64,000 nucleotides of DNA from Nemertoderma westbladi (taxonomy: Eukaryota > Animalia > Xenacoelomorpha). The translations under genes and the position numbers were made by a program. Position 1 is the stretch's first letter. The number at the start of each line of letters is the position of its first letter. The notes beneath the pieces are model-generated. The model was not told where the DNA came from. It did not search any database and worked only from the letters and a program-made list of their open reading frames with translations. This document shows, one piece after another, positions 24,001 to 37,100 of this stretch. The stretch covers positions 1-64,000 of the forward strand of contig JAUCBJ010006915.1 of assembly GCA_032718475.1 (NCBI GenBank). The letters run 5' to 3'.

Positions 24001-27000
24001 CCTTAAGGAGATCGATGGCATTCTCCTCATCAAAAAGTTGATGTATATCGTCGTTGTCTGAGGAGTATGGAGTTCCCTCAGTTGGATCGTCGAACTCACT
24101 GTTCTCAACTTCCCATTCTCGCGCTTGATATACCTGATCTTTAGGTAATCTTTCCATTAGAGTTCTACGGGAAGGGCCAGTAAAGTACCAACCTACTCTA
24201 GTTCTTCCCGCATAAGTCTGTAATGGCTGCGGTTGAGCAGGCCGTTTCTCCAATGTCTCGAGCGCCTCATGCGCGTTTTGGCCGATGAGTATTTGCACTC
24301 CAGGATAATCAGTCTGGAATCGAGGTATCTTAAGATATTGAATGCTCTCATCTTCGTCCCAATTATAAAGGTCTGCTTGAGTAGTAGCGAAATTCTTTAT
24401 AGCCACCATTTTCACTGACCTTATGCTATGTTCTCCTAGTTCGCCCTGGGGGGTGGACAACGCACCTACATAATAATCCGCTGTTACTGTGGATTTCCAA
24501 ACTTGCATAATTCCTGACATGTTTAGCTTAGTTCGGAACTTGGGTTGTCCATCGAATATGTCTTCGGCTAGCTCTTTGTCAATGAATGTTCCTGTACTAC
24601 CGGAGTCAAGGAGGGCGTTCACTACATAACTCCTTTTTGGTCCGTGGACCCTTACCTGTACCACAGGAAATTCTCTAATCCCTACATTGGAAGTTGGCGC
24701 TTTCCAAAATGGTTGTTGATCAGAAGTAGTTAGGGTAAGGTCGCTGTCCGTATCTCTTTCATACGTGAGTGCTCGATACACTGTGGTATTTATTGTGTAA
24801 CAGGATTCGTTTTCGTCGGAGAACTCATCTGTATAGAATCCTTCCATCTCAGATTGATCAGTGTCGTTCACATCACTGAATTGGACATGTAGTTCGGAAT
24901 CACTTACCTGACTCGGACTATTTCGCTCGAATTCCGTGTGCAACAAGATATGATGTTTCGCACCGCACTTGGCACATCTTGTGTCAGAGTAACAGGTTCG
25001 CCGTTGGTGTCCATGTCTGAGGCAATTATAACACAACCGCTTATCCCACATGACTTCACGTCTCTCAGTTAATGATTTCTTTAGAAATTCATCACACATA
25101 TTCAAGCGATGGGTCCCATCACATAGCGCACATTTCGGTTTGATGTTACTTACCTTACTCTGTGTAACATTATGTACACTTGCTTTTTCTTCGGGCTTTC
25201 TCACCTGAATTCTCTTGGGAGACGTAGGAGGAGTTTTTCTTACCTGTTCTCTCCTGTCATTTGTTCGAGACTTGAATTTACTTACCTGATCTTTAGGCAT
25301 TTTATTTACGTAATAAGATCTGTCAGTGTCTTTCCCGCTATCTTCTACTTGAGAAGTCTGGCTTTCGCCATCATCTGTATAACACACTGGTGTTACCTTT
25401 CTCCTAGCGACGGGTTTTTCACTTACCTTGTTTTCCAGTGTCTTCTCTCTGGACAGTTTCAGGAGCTGTAATTTCACTTCTCCATCTAGGAATGACATGA
25501 GATCAGCCATGGTAGGGTCTCGTCGTTGTTGTTCCATCATATATAACACTTTCTTATCCCAGCGTGTACCTACTCCACCCTTCGGTAAAGTAGAAGCCAC
25601 TGCTCTAATAACCATAGCACTCTGATACTCATGAGACTTACCTAGCCAATCTAATTGTCTGCAGATCTCCTGAATTTCATCGGAAAACTCTATAATTCCA
25701 CTGCTAATAAACTTTCGGGGCGCTACCAACTTTGCATACAAATACCCAGCTATGTTATTCCTATTACCATACCTGATGTTTAGTGTATCCCAAACTTGTC
25801 TTAATCCGTCTGGATGTCCAATAAACTTTAACGCCATTAACTTGGGAGATCCTTCCAAGCACTCGATGAGGAATCTAAGTTTCTCTCCATTAGATAGCAC
25901 AGAGTTCTGTATGTTATCTTTGTAATATTCATTAAAAGGTAACCATTTCATCTCATCTCCATTGAACTTGACGATCTCTCCCACCTTTACCGCTTGCCAG
26001 GCTTCGGTTCTAGCCATTTGACGCGTAAAACTTTCTTGGGCCATCGTGTTATTTAATATCGAGTTATCGGTATATAAATTTCTCGGATTATGATCCGGTC
26101 TATAGGGAATATCATTATCAACAGGTCTATAATTACTCTTAATAGGGTTCACTATAGGAGTTTCTACTTCGCTAGCAGTATAGATGCGTGTAGGCTCCAC
26201 ACCTTGCGCATGAGATACTTCAGACCTAACAGGTTGACACATTGCTACAGGGGGTGGTGGTATACCCCTTTGTGTATTTACTAATTTATCGCGTTCTAGC
26301 GCGATACTTTGCTGCACTTCTTGCAACTCTAGCCTACTTTCCCTTACTGTGCCTTTGAATTGCTGAACGGTCTCCTGCATCTGTCCGAGCAGGAGATCCA
26401 TCCCCCGTCGTCTCTCATCCACCCATTCAACCGCCGAAGCGGGATTCGCCAACGTTGTAGCGGGCGGACGAGGGACAACGGGCGACAAATCATGAATATT
26501 TCTCTCGGAGTCCAGGGCATGAACTGTCTCACGGACTGTTCTGCTGGGCACAGGTAGCTTAGTGCTGTGCAAAGGGAATTGAGAGGTAGGTTCAGGGAGT
26601 ACAGGTGTCTCTACGACCGAAAGGGTGGCTTCGGGAACAGGCCTAATTATTTCAGGCTCATCTACTATAGTAGGGAGTCTCTCTATTGTAATTATTTGGT
26701 CTGTGGATTCTGTACTACCTAAGTTGGTGTTATTTAGTTGCCTTCTAACAGCTGGAGGCAAATCAGGCAATTTCTGACGGTGGAATGTTCTTTTGCGTCT
26801 GCTTAGGTGAGATCTATTTCCTTTGCCTTCAGTATCGCTGGTATCGCCTTCCTCAGATGATGTATATCCCTGTCTTTTGGGAGTAGATCGATTCATCATC
26901 TGCATATTACTAGCTGTTAACTGTTTATTTATGCAGTCTTGATTCTCCTGAATAGTTTCCAATTCTAATTGGGCAATCTCTTCAGCCGCTATCCGCTCCG

Positions 27001-28333
27001 CTTTTCTTTCCATTTCGGCTGCTTTTCTTTTCGCTTCTGCCGCTGCCGCTGCCGCTTTTCTTTCCGCTTCTGCCTCTGCCGCTGCCGCTTTTCTTTCCGC
27101 GTCTGCCTCTGCCGCTGCTGCTTCTCTTTCGGCTTCTGCAGCTGCTACTGCTGCTTTCTTTCTGTCTTCTATGCGTTTTTTCTTCACCCTTTCTTCTTGG
27201 TCTCTAGCGATGCGGAGTTGTTCATCGAATTTAGCTTGGTTCGCCGCTAACCTATCCACGTCGATGGCGTCAAGCACACGCTGTGCTCCTTCACTATTAG
27301 GGCTAAGTCCATCTAGCCTTCTCCTCAACTCTTCATCTCCCAAAAAACGCTGATAGTCTGACAGATAGATGTCAATGGCATCCCTCTTATGCGGTTTCTC
27401 TGCCGTCGCTTCACTTTCCACTTGGGAAAAAGTAGCGTCTGTTGATTCTCCATGGGTTGAGCGCTCCTCCAGCTGAGCTTTCCACTGAGCTGTTCCTTGA
27501 ACCTGGCGACTCACCCGTTGAAACCAAGTCTTTACGGCAACTTGCAACGACGTGTCTTGTCTTCTTTTAGAAGCCTCCTCAAAGGCCGATAAGATTAGCC
27601 TAATTCGCAGAATTCTTTCTCTAACTTGATAAAGCAGTTGTCCCTGCTCTTAAGGTCCTTGAGGTTGTTGAAACAGTTGTTTTTCTACTCGCTCCATAGA
27701 GCTGAAGAATCCCTGTGCGTATCCGGCTGCGGACCTCTTCCACACAGCTGGATCGATGGTTTCCTTGGCTACTCCCATCCGGTGTATGTCTTCCCAGGCA
27801 GCTTCTGATAAATCAAACGGGAGTCCGGGTCCGGGGAAGTTCCATTGCGACTCGACCATAGACTTCAGTTCTTCCCTTGTATATCCCTCATAACTATCTT
27901 TAGTTGATCGCTTACTTCTTGCCCAATCGATCTGGTGTTCTTCCACCGCGATCAATAACCTAGTGAGTACGGCTGCAGGAAGGATGAGAAGGGGATCCGA
28001 ATAAACCGCATCCGTCATCCTTGCTCCGCGCTCGGGTGTCAGCTCTACAGTATCTTCACTACTGGAGCTGTTGGGCCGCTGAGAAATAAGTTCTTGGCTC
28101 GCGGGTTGTTGCTGTTCCGCTGCTTCTTGGTCCCGCTTGACCTGAGCTCGAGTGCCTATGATAGACCTACGATGTTGGACTAGCCTAGGTTCTGCTGTTA
28201 CTACTGGAGGGATGACCTTCCTCACAGTGGGAGGTGAACTGAACTTAGGACTAGACGGTTCTACACCTCTATCTGAGTCGCAGATAGTTACATCTAATAA
28301 ACTGTCTGACAGGTTCTGCTTAGTATCAGACAT
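21031..28333 (-). pseudogene. pol: Gag-Pol of C, one frame with two premature stops (27650, 23300)
   Basis: KFNGDEMKW (DUF1759-like Gag); CALCDGTH, CYNCLRHGH, CAKCGAKHH; ALLDSGS protease; RVVFDGSA, DIEGMFLQV, YMDD RT; LHVFGDAS, WTDA RNase H; GVDLFGP, SDKGTNF integrase. Confidence 0.93.
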
Positions 28334-29672
28334 GTTTGTTTACACAGTTGAATGCCTACTGCTATATTACAGTCTAAGCAAGTCTAGTAATTCAGCCTTA
28401 ACTGCTAGCCTAGTAATTAATTACCGATACTGCTACTCAGTGTAGCGTGATATATATAATATTAGAATACCGGTATGCTTATGGTATATATAAGTATTAT
28501 TACAGACTAGGTTTTTCACAGAAACCGGTATATAATTTTAGCACAAATATATATAAATATATAATAGGCCTATCGTGGATACCGGTATGCAGTTTACACT
28601 TATAGTATATATAAGTATAATTATTAACTAGAATTAATTACAGAATACCGGTATGATTTCAGCTTAAGTTTATGAAAATAAAGATAATAAGCCTATTGTA
28701 AATACCGGTATATCAATTATTTTAAATAATTGAATTTCTGAATTTTAAGGGTTACTTGGTTACTTTAACTTACTTTATTACCGTTATTTAAGCAGTAGTC
28801 CAACTGATATTGAGACCTAATTGTTGTATGGCAGGCCTACTATTTATAAATCGTTTGAGTTGATTTATAATATATATATACCCGTTTAATGGGTTTTGTT
28901 AATGTTTGAAATAAATGTTATTATTTCTGGGGGAGTCACTACACATAAGCTGTGCGCTCTCAGTGGAGTGCTACTTGTTAGACACTAAAACAAATAATTC
29001 TAATTTACCTAAGTTACTTAATACTACAAATTACGTACAATTCAGGTTGAGATTACAATCTCTAAATAAACACAAAAATTTAATTACAAATACACAAATA
29101 CGAATTTTTAGGGTAATTTTACAAGAAGTCTACTAACCAGCCTAACAAAGGGTTAGAATATCTGGTTATTACAACGGACAGGTTACTACGGTATTTGAAA
29201 ATAATAAGTAGTAGTAAATATACTGCGTTGTCCAGATAGGAAAATACCACCGCCTGACGACCTATAACCGTATCGCTATAGGTACTACGTTATGTATCAC
29301 GGAGTGTCCCTACCTAGAAGTTAATTACCGCGGTCTACCAGAACCAACGTGCCTATTAACCACTTTACAACACAAATACACTGCCTACACACTAATTGCT
29401 TTCGGAAAGCACTGTACACTAAACCCTAAATTAGGTACAAGTACTTGTATAACAAATAATTAGTAGTTAAAAATACTTGAACAGCTAAAAGAACCACGGC
29501 ATCTGCTGGAGTGACCGGTGCACAAAATCACCAGTCTTTACCTACGCCGAGCAGCCCTGATGTAGTACCGGGGTTAGTTTAACTATAACGGTATGTATAA
29601 CAAACACAATTACTGTAGGAATAAACTTGGGGATATGAATGTTGCGAATAATCGCATAAACTCTGAATAATA

Positions 29673-30170
29673 AATATTACGCTACGCGTACAAACTACTC
29701 AAACAAAATGCAGACCAAATACTGACAGACTACTATCAAGCCTAAAAAAAAACTACGGTATATGCAGACTCCGAAATGGTTAAGTAGTATGCGTTCTAAC
29801 CCAGTAGTACGACTTATTCTTTAGATGGGGGTTTACCTTACAGCTATGGCTGCCCCTACTTCCTAACCGTTCTTTATCGGACAGATGCTTTACACACACC
29901 GAAATTTCCTCAAACCCAACAGCAGCCAGACAACTATCCAGCCTACAAATTATCTAAATAAAATTATACGCTACCCGTACAGACTACACAAACAAAGTAC
30001 AGACTAAACGATGGCAGACTACTATCAAGCCTAAATAAACCACAGGACATGCAGACTCCGAAATGGTTAAGTAGTATGCGTTCTAACCCAGTAGTACGAC
30101 TTATTCTTTAGATGGGGGTTTACCTTACAGCTATGGATGCCCCTACTTCCTAACCGTTCTTTATCGGACA
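29673..30170. repeat. ~200-bp direct repeat pair in the leader of C
   Basis: 29673-29883 versus ~29962-30170; the core atgcagactccgaaatgg...ctttatcggaca is almost identical. Also ~58-bp ATACCGGTAT-containing repeats at 28460-28715. Confidence 0.9.
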
Positions 30171-31909
30171 TACACTCTACATGCACTGCAATCCGTTCAG
30201 ACCTAATCAACAGTTCGCCAACAGTCAAGCCTACAAATTATCTGTACAATCTGAGCAGGCTTACACGCCTTCTGCTCAATACTGGCCTACAAATAAATAA
30301 AACTGACAGAAATAGGCCTAAGTAAAATCCCAATAAAAACCAGGCGTCCCCGATTAATTATTAAGACCTACCGGCATATAATAATCAAATCGAATAATAC
30401 TGCTGTACCTGTACTAGTACTGTAAGTACCGGTTCGGATGATCAGGCAGTCAGGCCTACAGGTTTCCGGTCGACCGGTACTTTCGACTAGATTGCTTACA
30501 CCGCAATCCAGAAGCAATATCTGTTATTGTTTGCGCTTTTAAGACCTTTGACAGTTTAACCTGCCAAATTAGGATGTCTTTTGGATGATATATATTCTTT
30601 AGCTTATGACGAGTATTTGATACACTACATTAGCCGAAGCCAGTCTATGCGCAATCATTCACCCGCTGGATATACCCGGGAGACTGAGTTCGGAGCTTAA
30701 TGATTGATGGTGTAAGCCTACTGTATTATTCGACTGATCGTAATATATAATCTCTGACAAATATTATTCACTTTCGGGAAATATTAACAGTTCCTTTAGG
30801 ACGTGGCGCTCTAAATATGTAAACAGAGTTATGACTTAAACTAGACACAACGAAAAGGCTATAGATTTACGTATATGGCGCATTCTTTAGGAGATGCTTT
30901 GTTATCAGTTACAATCATACACAATGCTGCACAATACTGCACACTAATCTGCCGACCTTCACTTAATTTGGTCAAGTATAAAGAGAGCAACAGATAATTT
31001 ATGTTGGGCATATGAAATAGCATTAGATTCACTTCAAACCACTTAACATAGGTCGCAATCGTTTATCTGTAACCGGTCTCTCTAACCTTTAGTATATCAA
31101 GAAGGTGGGGTGTCTGACTATTGATCAGTATTCCAAATATAATCTTCCATCAACAAATATAATGAATAACCGACAGCAAAAGCAGTAATGTAAGATATGA
31201 ATTGCATAGATATGTATGATAAGATTGGTTTGATAAGATTGATAACAGATATACGTTCTATAATTAAGCCTACTAATGTAAAGCTAAAGAATGCTGATAT
31301 ACGGAGGTGCCAAAAGCCGATGTTCTTAGGCTCTGGGCAAAAACATAACACTGAACTACTGAGTTCTGTATACACCTCCAACACAGAGACAAAAAACGCT
31401 CTGATTGGTCAACCGAACCACGAGAGAACAAAGAAACAAAGAAATGTCGACGTGGCAATATCAGCTGTTAGCCGTCGTCATGGTAGCGACACTGTTTTCA
31501 AGAGTATCTAGCTTATCGCGTCACGAGATTGCGGATTATGTCCTCTAAAGTACAAATACAGAAGAAATGACTTTTATGTCCTCTAAAACACCAGTACAGC
31601 AAGGACACGGCCTTTTTATGCCTGGCAAACCAACTACAGAGTACTTTAAGGGAAAATAACCGGTTAATGACGCAAAAGCTTTTACAGCAACTAAGCGCCT
31701 CCTGTAATTGTATTGGCTGTTACTGCTTTCTACCTTACCCTCCTCAGCTTATGTCGAGTCTGTGGAGTGAATTTAGCATCACCCACAATCTGGTGTTTGA
31801 ATTTAACTTTACAACCCAGCCAAGTGAATGTCCTGGACCGTAATTGGTTGTATTCTAGCTTGTTGACCACAGGAACTATCCAACCAGGGATTATCTTTTC
31901 TAGCAGTTA

Positions 31910-32560
31910 GGCTAATAAAGATATTATAATAAAAAAATGTGACTATGATATGAAAAACACACCATAGCACAGAAAGTATAAATGATGAAAAAAATATTTT
32001 GTAACCAACAGAAAGCCAATTAAATTCTAGGAAAAGTCAATGAATTTCATAATAATACATAAAAATCATCATCATGAATTTCTAAAAATAAAAAGTGTTG
32101 GGCAGATTCTGCCCAACCCCAGGTGGAATAGGGTTAATGGGGGCATTCGGGGTCGCTAATTTCATTTCCGATGTCAGTTTAATTTGATGGAATGTCGTAT
32201 GTCCGTCTGTCAGTTGTCTGTGTGTCTTTCTTTCTTACATTCTGACAGACAGATTGGCAGACAGATATTCCATGATAACTCGAGAACTAAAGGAGATTTC
32301 TCTAAGCCGCTTTCAGATTTGAAATCCCCATTAAATTATTAAATTCTGCTCTAGATGCAATAAAAAACACAAATTTATGACATTTTTAGCAGGGGGGGGG
32401 GGGGGGTGGGGTTAACCCCCCCCCCCCCCCCCCCCCCCCCCTTGATAAATTCAAAACATTCTATAACATATTATTTATTATTATTATTATATTCTCATGA
32501 GTAGGAGGGAAACACAAAAGCGATATCCCTATGAAATGTCTCAAGACATATTGTGTAGCA
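31910..32560. mobile_element. Fragments of non-autonomous DNA elements
   Basis: piggyBac-type end GGAATAGGG-TTAA at ~32125-32137; GGGGTCGCT and GTCCGTCTGTC motifs typical of Helentron/DINE-like repeats; G-run/GTTAAC/C-run palindrome at ~32392-32440. Confidence 0.4.
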
Positions 32561-32567
32561 TATTTAA

Positions 32568-34107
32568 CCCTATTAAACCCGGGGGGGGGGGGGGGGGGTT
32601 TATTATAATTCTAAAAGAAACGCAGTTGGGAATCTAAAATTTTATGACTTTTCCTAAAAATCTATTGTCTTCCTAGTAGAGAAAACCGTTTTCAAAAATA
32701 TTGGGTACTTTTCGAGTTATAGCACCATTTTTTAACCCTACTTTTGGCACTTTTTATGAGACGTTTTTTGAAAATTACATTTCAATAAATATGAATTGTA
32801 ACATCTCTATTTTGGATTTACACCGGTTTTTTGGTGTTAGAAATTTGATGGAATTCATATAAATTGATTTAGAAATTTCAAACTTGTTTTTTTCGGTGGG
32901 TGCCAAATTTTGGTTCCAGCCCCAAATTTTGAAATAAGTCAATTTTGTAAATTGATTGTTTGAAACTTGTTTTTTACGCAATTGGGGTTTTTTGGGTTTC
33001 TGGATTCGTTGAAATATGTACGAGTTGCACTAAGCGTATCAAACTTGTATTTTTCGGTTCTGTGTGCAAATTTTGGTGCTAGCACAAAATTTTGAAAATC
33101 CATTCAATAGATAAAATTGCTTGTGACAATTTATTTCTTGCGTTTTAGAGGTTTATGGCTGTTCTGAATTCAATGGAAAATTTAATTATCGAACTAGACA
33201 TCTCAAACTTGTATTTTTCGGATGTGGGTGCAAAATGTGGTGCTAGCACCAAATTTTGAAAACCATCAAATATATCAATTGATTGTGTCAACTTGTTTCT
33301 TGCGTTATACGGGTTTGTGATGGTTCTGAATTCAATGGAATCAGTAAAAATTTCATAAGAGTTCTCAAACTTGTATTTTTCGCCAGTGGGTGAAAATTGT
33401 TGTGCAAGCACCAAATTTTGGAAAATATGCAAATTGATAAGTAGATAGTATCACCTTGTTTCTTGCGTTATACGGGTTTATGAGGGTCCTGAATCCGATG
33501 GAATCAATAAAAACAGCGCTGGACATCGCAAACTTGTACTTTTTGGTGATGGGTACGAAATTAGGTGCTAGCACCAAAATTTGCCAAATTACGCCGAAAA
33601 ATACATGTAGCAATGATCTGGCATATTAGAAATGTATTCCATTAGAATCAGCGCCCTCGAAAACCTGAAAATGTGAATTTATAGCATCGTATAAGTGAAT
33701 TAAAAATTTTGTGTTCTAACTGAAAAGTGCTGGTTACTTGTTTTTTTCATTTTTTTCCTACGCAGAGAGGACTAAACAGCCATTTATAGTAATCATATCA
33801 TTTTTTAATATTTTCCAATGTATTTTGCACCCCAGAAATCCTGTATTGAAAAATAATTAGCCGAAAATGTAACTTTCAAATTTGGTGAAAATTGTGCACT
33901 ACTTGTAATTTTGGTGCTGCAATATAACCACCCCAGTACATTTTTTCGAAATTTTTTCGGTCGGATCCAGACAAGTGATACCTACGTACAAATAAAAAAT
34001 CAGACGTTTTCGTAAATATTTGTAGATTTTAGAGGGAGGGGTCAATATGACCCCCCCCCCCCCCCCCCGGTATTTGTACAACATTTTATAGCCCGGTACT
34101 AATAGGG
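32568..34107. mobile_element. piggyBac-type non-autonomous element with internal ~180-bp tandem repeats
   Basis: TTAA|CCCTATTAAACCCGGG ... CCCGGTACTAATAGGG|TTAA; repeats containing ggtgctagcaccaaattttg at ~32790-33590; truncates the RT of D. Confidence 0.75.
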
Positions 34108-37100
34108 TTAAGGCGTACATGGTGCAGTTGGGGCTGTCCCTGGCTCCGAAAACTCTTACCTGCATTTGGTAAGTTTCTGGCGGAAGTTCTAAATTTCCGT
34201 CCGGATACCAAAGAAACTGTAAACTGTCCCTGTCCCGCTCCAATGCCTTAACCTGGTGAAACATGGCCTCTACGTCACAGGTGAAAGCCACTTTGCGTTG
34301 TCTAAAACGCATTAGGACTCCCATGAGGTAATTATTCATATTCGGCCCGTCCATCAATTCGCTGTTCATAGACATCCCTTGAGTCGCCTCAAAGCAAGTG
34401 GGTAATTGTTAACGAGCTTAGGTTGTCCATTGCGCCACAACATGCCAACCTCATAGTGGCCATTCGCGGTCCGGCGAATGGTATCTCTCATAATATTTAA
34501 TGACCGTTTTTCCTGTTCTGACATAGCGGTCTCGTAACTACCGGGTTCTGCTGAGTCCTGTTCCAACCATTGAATGGTCCGTTCAGTCAGCAGTCAGTCA
34601 AGCGCTGCTTGCACTGCGCCATGGTCCTCGTCCACGTCTTCGTCCGCTGCGGTGGCTAGTGTCAATGTGTCTGGTAGGCTCGCAAGCCTTCCGGTGTCAC
34701 TAGTCGGCGTCGAATCGTCTTGTGGCGGTTTGACAACCTTTTGATCTGTCGGTAGGCTCGCAAGCTTTCCAAGATCAATGACCGGTGTCGAAGCCTGGTG
34801 GGTGGGGTCAATGACCTTCGGATTTTTTGGTAGGCTCGCAAGCCTTCCAAAATCCTCGTTCATCGAGTCATCCACAGCAACAACCCTTTGGCCTTCGGTA
34901 GTCAATACAACCTGGTTTACTGCAAGTAGTTATAAGTCAGAGGCCCGTATGGTCATGTCCAGATCAGTTACGTCAGTATCGGTGGCGTCTGCGTTAGCGA
35001 TGCAAGTCTGTCGTAGTGCAGTCTGTACAATTGGACCACGGTAGTGTGAATGAGAATTATCTATAGTGTTAGTCAATAAACTACACGTACTCAAAACGTC
35101 GTCCTCCTGGTCACTTACCTCTAGTGAACATACTGGTGCTCTAGTATACCAACCTATGGGAGTTCTACATGCGTAGGGGTTGCCCGCTGTAATAACAGAT
35201 GGGCGTGTCTCCCATACCTGATGTAAGTTAAACTGGTCTGTCCCAATTAACATCGCAATAGAATGATAATTAACAGGACATTCCGGTATTCCAAGGTGTC
35301 GGAAATACTTAAAATCTTCCGGTGATTGCTCTGGCACAGGGCCAAGAAAGTTACTAAAGTCCTTCATAGCTGCAAAGGTTAAATTTCTTACCGGAAGTAA
35401 TGAGTGCTCCTCCTTGCTGTGTTCCGCTTTGGAAAGAAGAGTGTCTAAGGTTAGTTTTACTCTTGTCACTGGGATCGCTCTCTTACCATGCATGCTGCTT
35501 ACAGTATACTGAGCAGTCTTACCTTGACTCATGTCCGTAACCACGTCGGCTACTTGTTCGTCGACATAACTATGTGATGACGCAGAGTCTAAGATAGCGT
35601 ATATATGCTTGCTCCCTCGGGTTCTGGTAATCTTTATAGGAATCACTCTAAACCCTTTCAATTGGTGCTGTGTGAGGAGTGTTACCGATGGCTGTTCCTC
35701 ACCCGCATGCACGTAAAATGTGTCGTCTTCCTCCTCGTCCTCGTCCGATGATCCCGATTGATCCATACAATCCGCGTAGAAAGTACGAACCTCGCGCGCG
35801 GCGAACGCTCCTTATAAAGCGCGTCGCATCTAGCCGCTTTATCTGGATGCTCTCGTCGAAAGCGTCTGGTCGGAGTATGACTGGTTGTGCAAAGTAACGC
35901 GTCATGGTTACGTCCACACAGAGGACATGTATCGTCGCTCGGGCAATCCTTCCGGACGTGTCCTGGCTTCGTACATCTCCAGCAAGATTCCAAAGATCGA
36001 ATTTGAAGTCTTCTCTCTTCGATTCCTAACTCCTTAAAAGCGCGACATCCACGTAGTTTATGTCCGCTATGGTTTCTGCCGTTCCTCTCGCAGTATGAGC
36101 ATCCCACAAAGTCTGCCGGCAACTGTTGTCGTGGCTGCGTGGTGCCGATAGGCGTCAGAACTTTAGAAGTCTCAGTAGGGGTGGCGTAGGTAACGGCTTT
36201 CGCATTCGTTGGAAACGGTTTAGTCCGAGTCGGCGCAGAAATAGCTATCCCTTCTGCCGCAATATGGTGATCAGTATAGTTCGATCGAGTCTCGATCACG
36301 GCCTCCCATGAAATCAGTTGGTAGACGTCGGTGAGTTTCAGTAGCCCGCCGGCTTCTTCACGCTGGTACTCGATGCGTCGCCATTCTCGTCGAAGTCGAT
36401 GATGAAGTCTACCGATTATTCGAATGAGAACTGTCGGTGCGTTAGCGTATTCGAGTTGTCCAATGGACCATAAAGTCCCTATAGCGTTTTTAATTTCGTC
36501 CGTGAGTCGTAAAAGGTCGATCAGTTTCAAAATGCTGTCTCCTCTGCAGAGGTCTTCAATAATGGATTTAGCCATGGCGACGTTACCTCCGTAAATCGAA
36601 TATAAACGGTCGTATGCCAACTCAAATGCATCTGGAACACCGATAAAGGTTTCCGCTAATCGTTTCGGCTCACCAGACAGGACTTGGAGTAAGTGTTAAA
36701 CTTCTCCGTTGAGGTGAAAGTGCACTTAGCGATCTGGGACTCTACGTAGTCTACCAGTGTTCGCCAGTGTTTCGCGTTGCCAGAGAACTTCGGCGGTTGC
36801 TGTGCCGGTAATCCATGTCTAGCCGCGAATTTCACAATCTCGCTAACCAAATCCAACTGTCCGCGTCCCTGTTCGGTGGTGTCGTCCAGTTGTTCGTGAT
36901 CGATCCGACGGTTGCGCTTCGAGTCGCTCTTCGAGTTGAGCTAGTCGGTCTGTCATCTCGGTGAACTGTTTGGCGCTGATCGTTTCCACTGGTTGCAACG
37001 TGGGTTTCCGAAAAGGTGTTTCTCGTGGAGGATTGTCGATGTAGGGGTTCGTCGATCTCTCCTCCCGTTTGTAATCAGCCTCTGCTGCCGCTCCAGTACG

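Larger units (their letters stand above)
21031..31900 (-). mobile_element. BEL/Pao element C (distinct family; 3'-truncated in integrase; long 5' leader; LTR boundary uncertain)
   Basis: Single-frame gag-pol at 28333-21031 preceded by ~2.5 kb of repeat-rich leader. Candidate LTR ~30818-31900 (CCAAT on the - strand at ~31403). Confidence 0.8.

Noticed and set aside
33899-34375. Novel RT fusion protein
   Set aside because: Chance read-through from the truncated RT of D into the piggyBac-like MITE.
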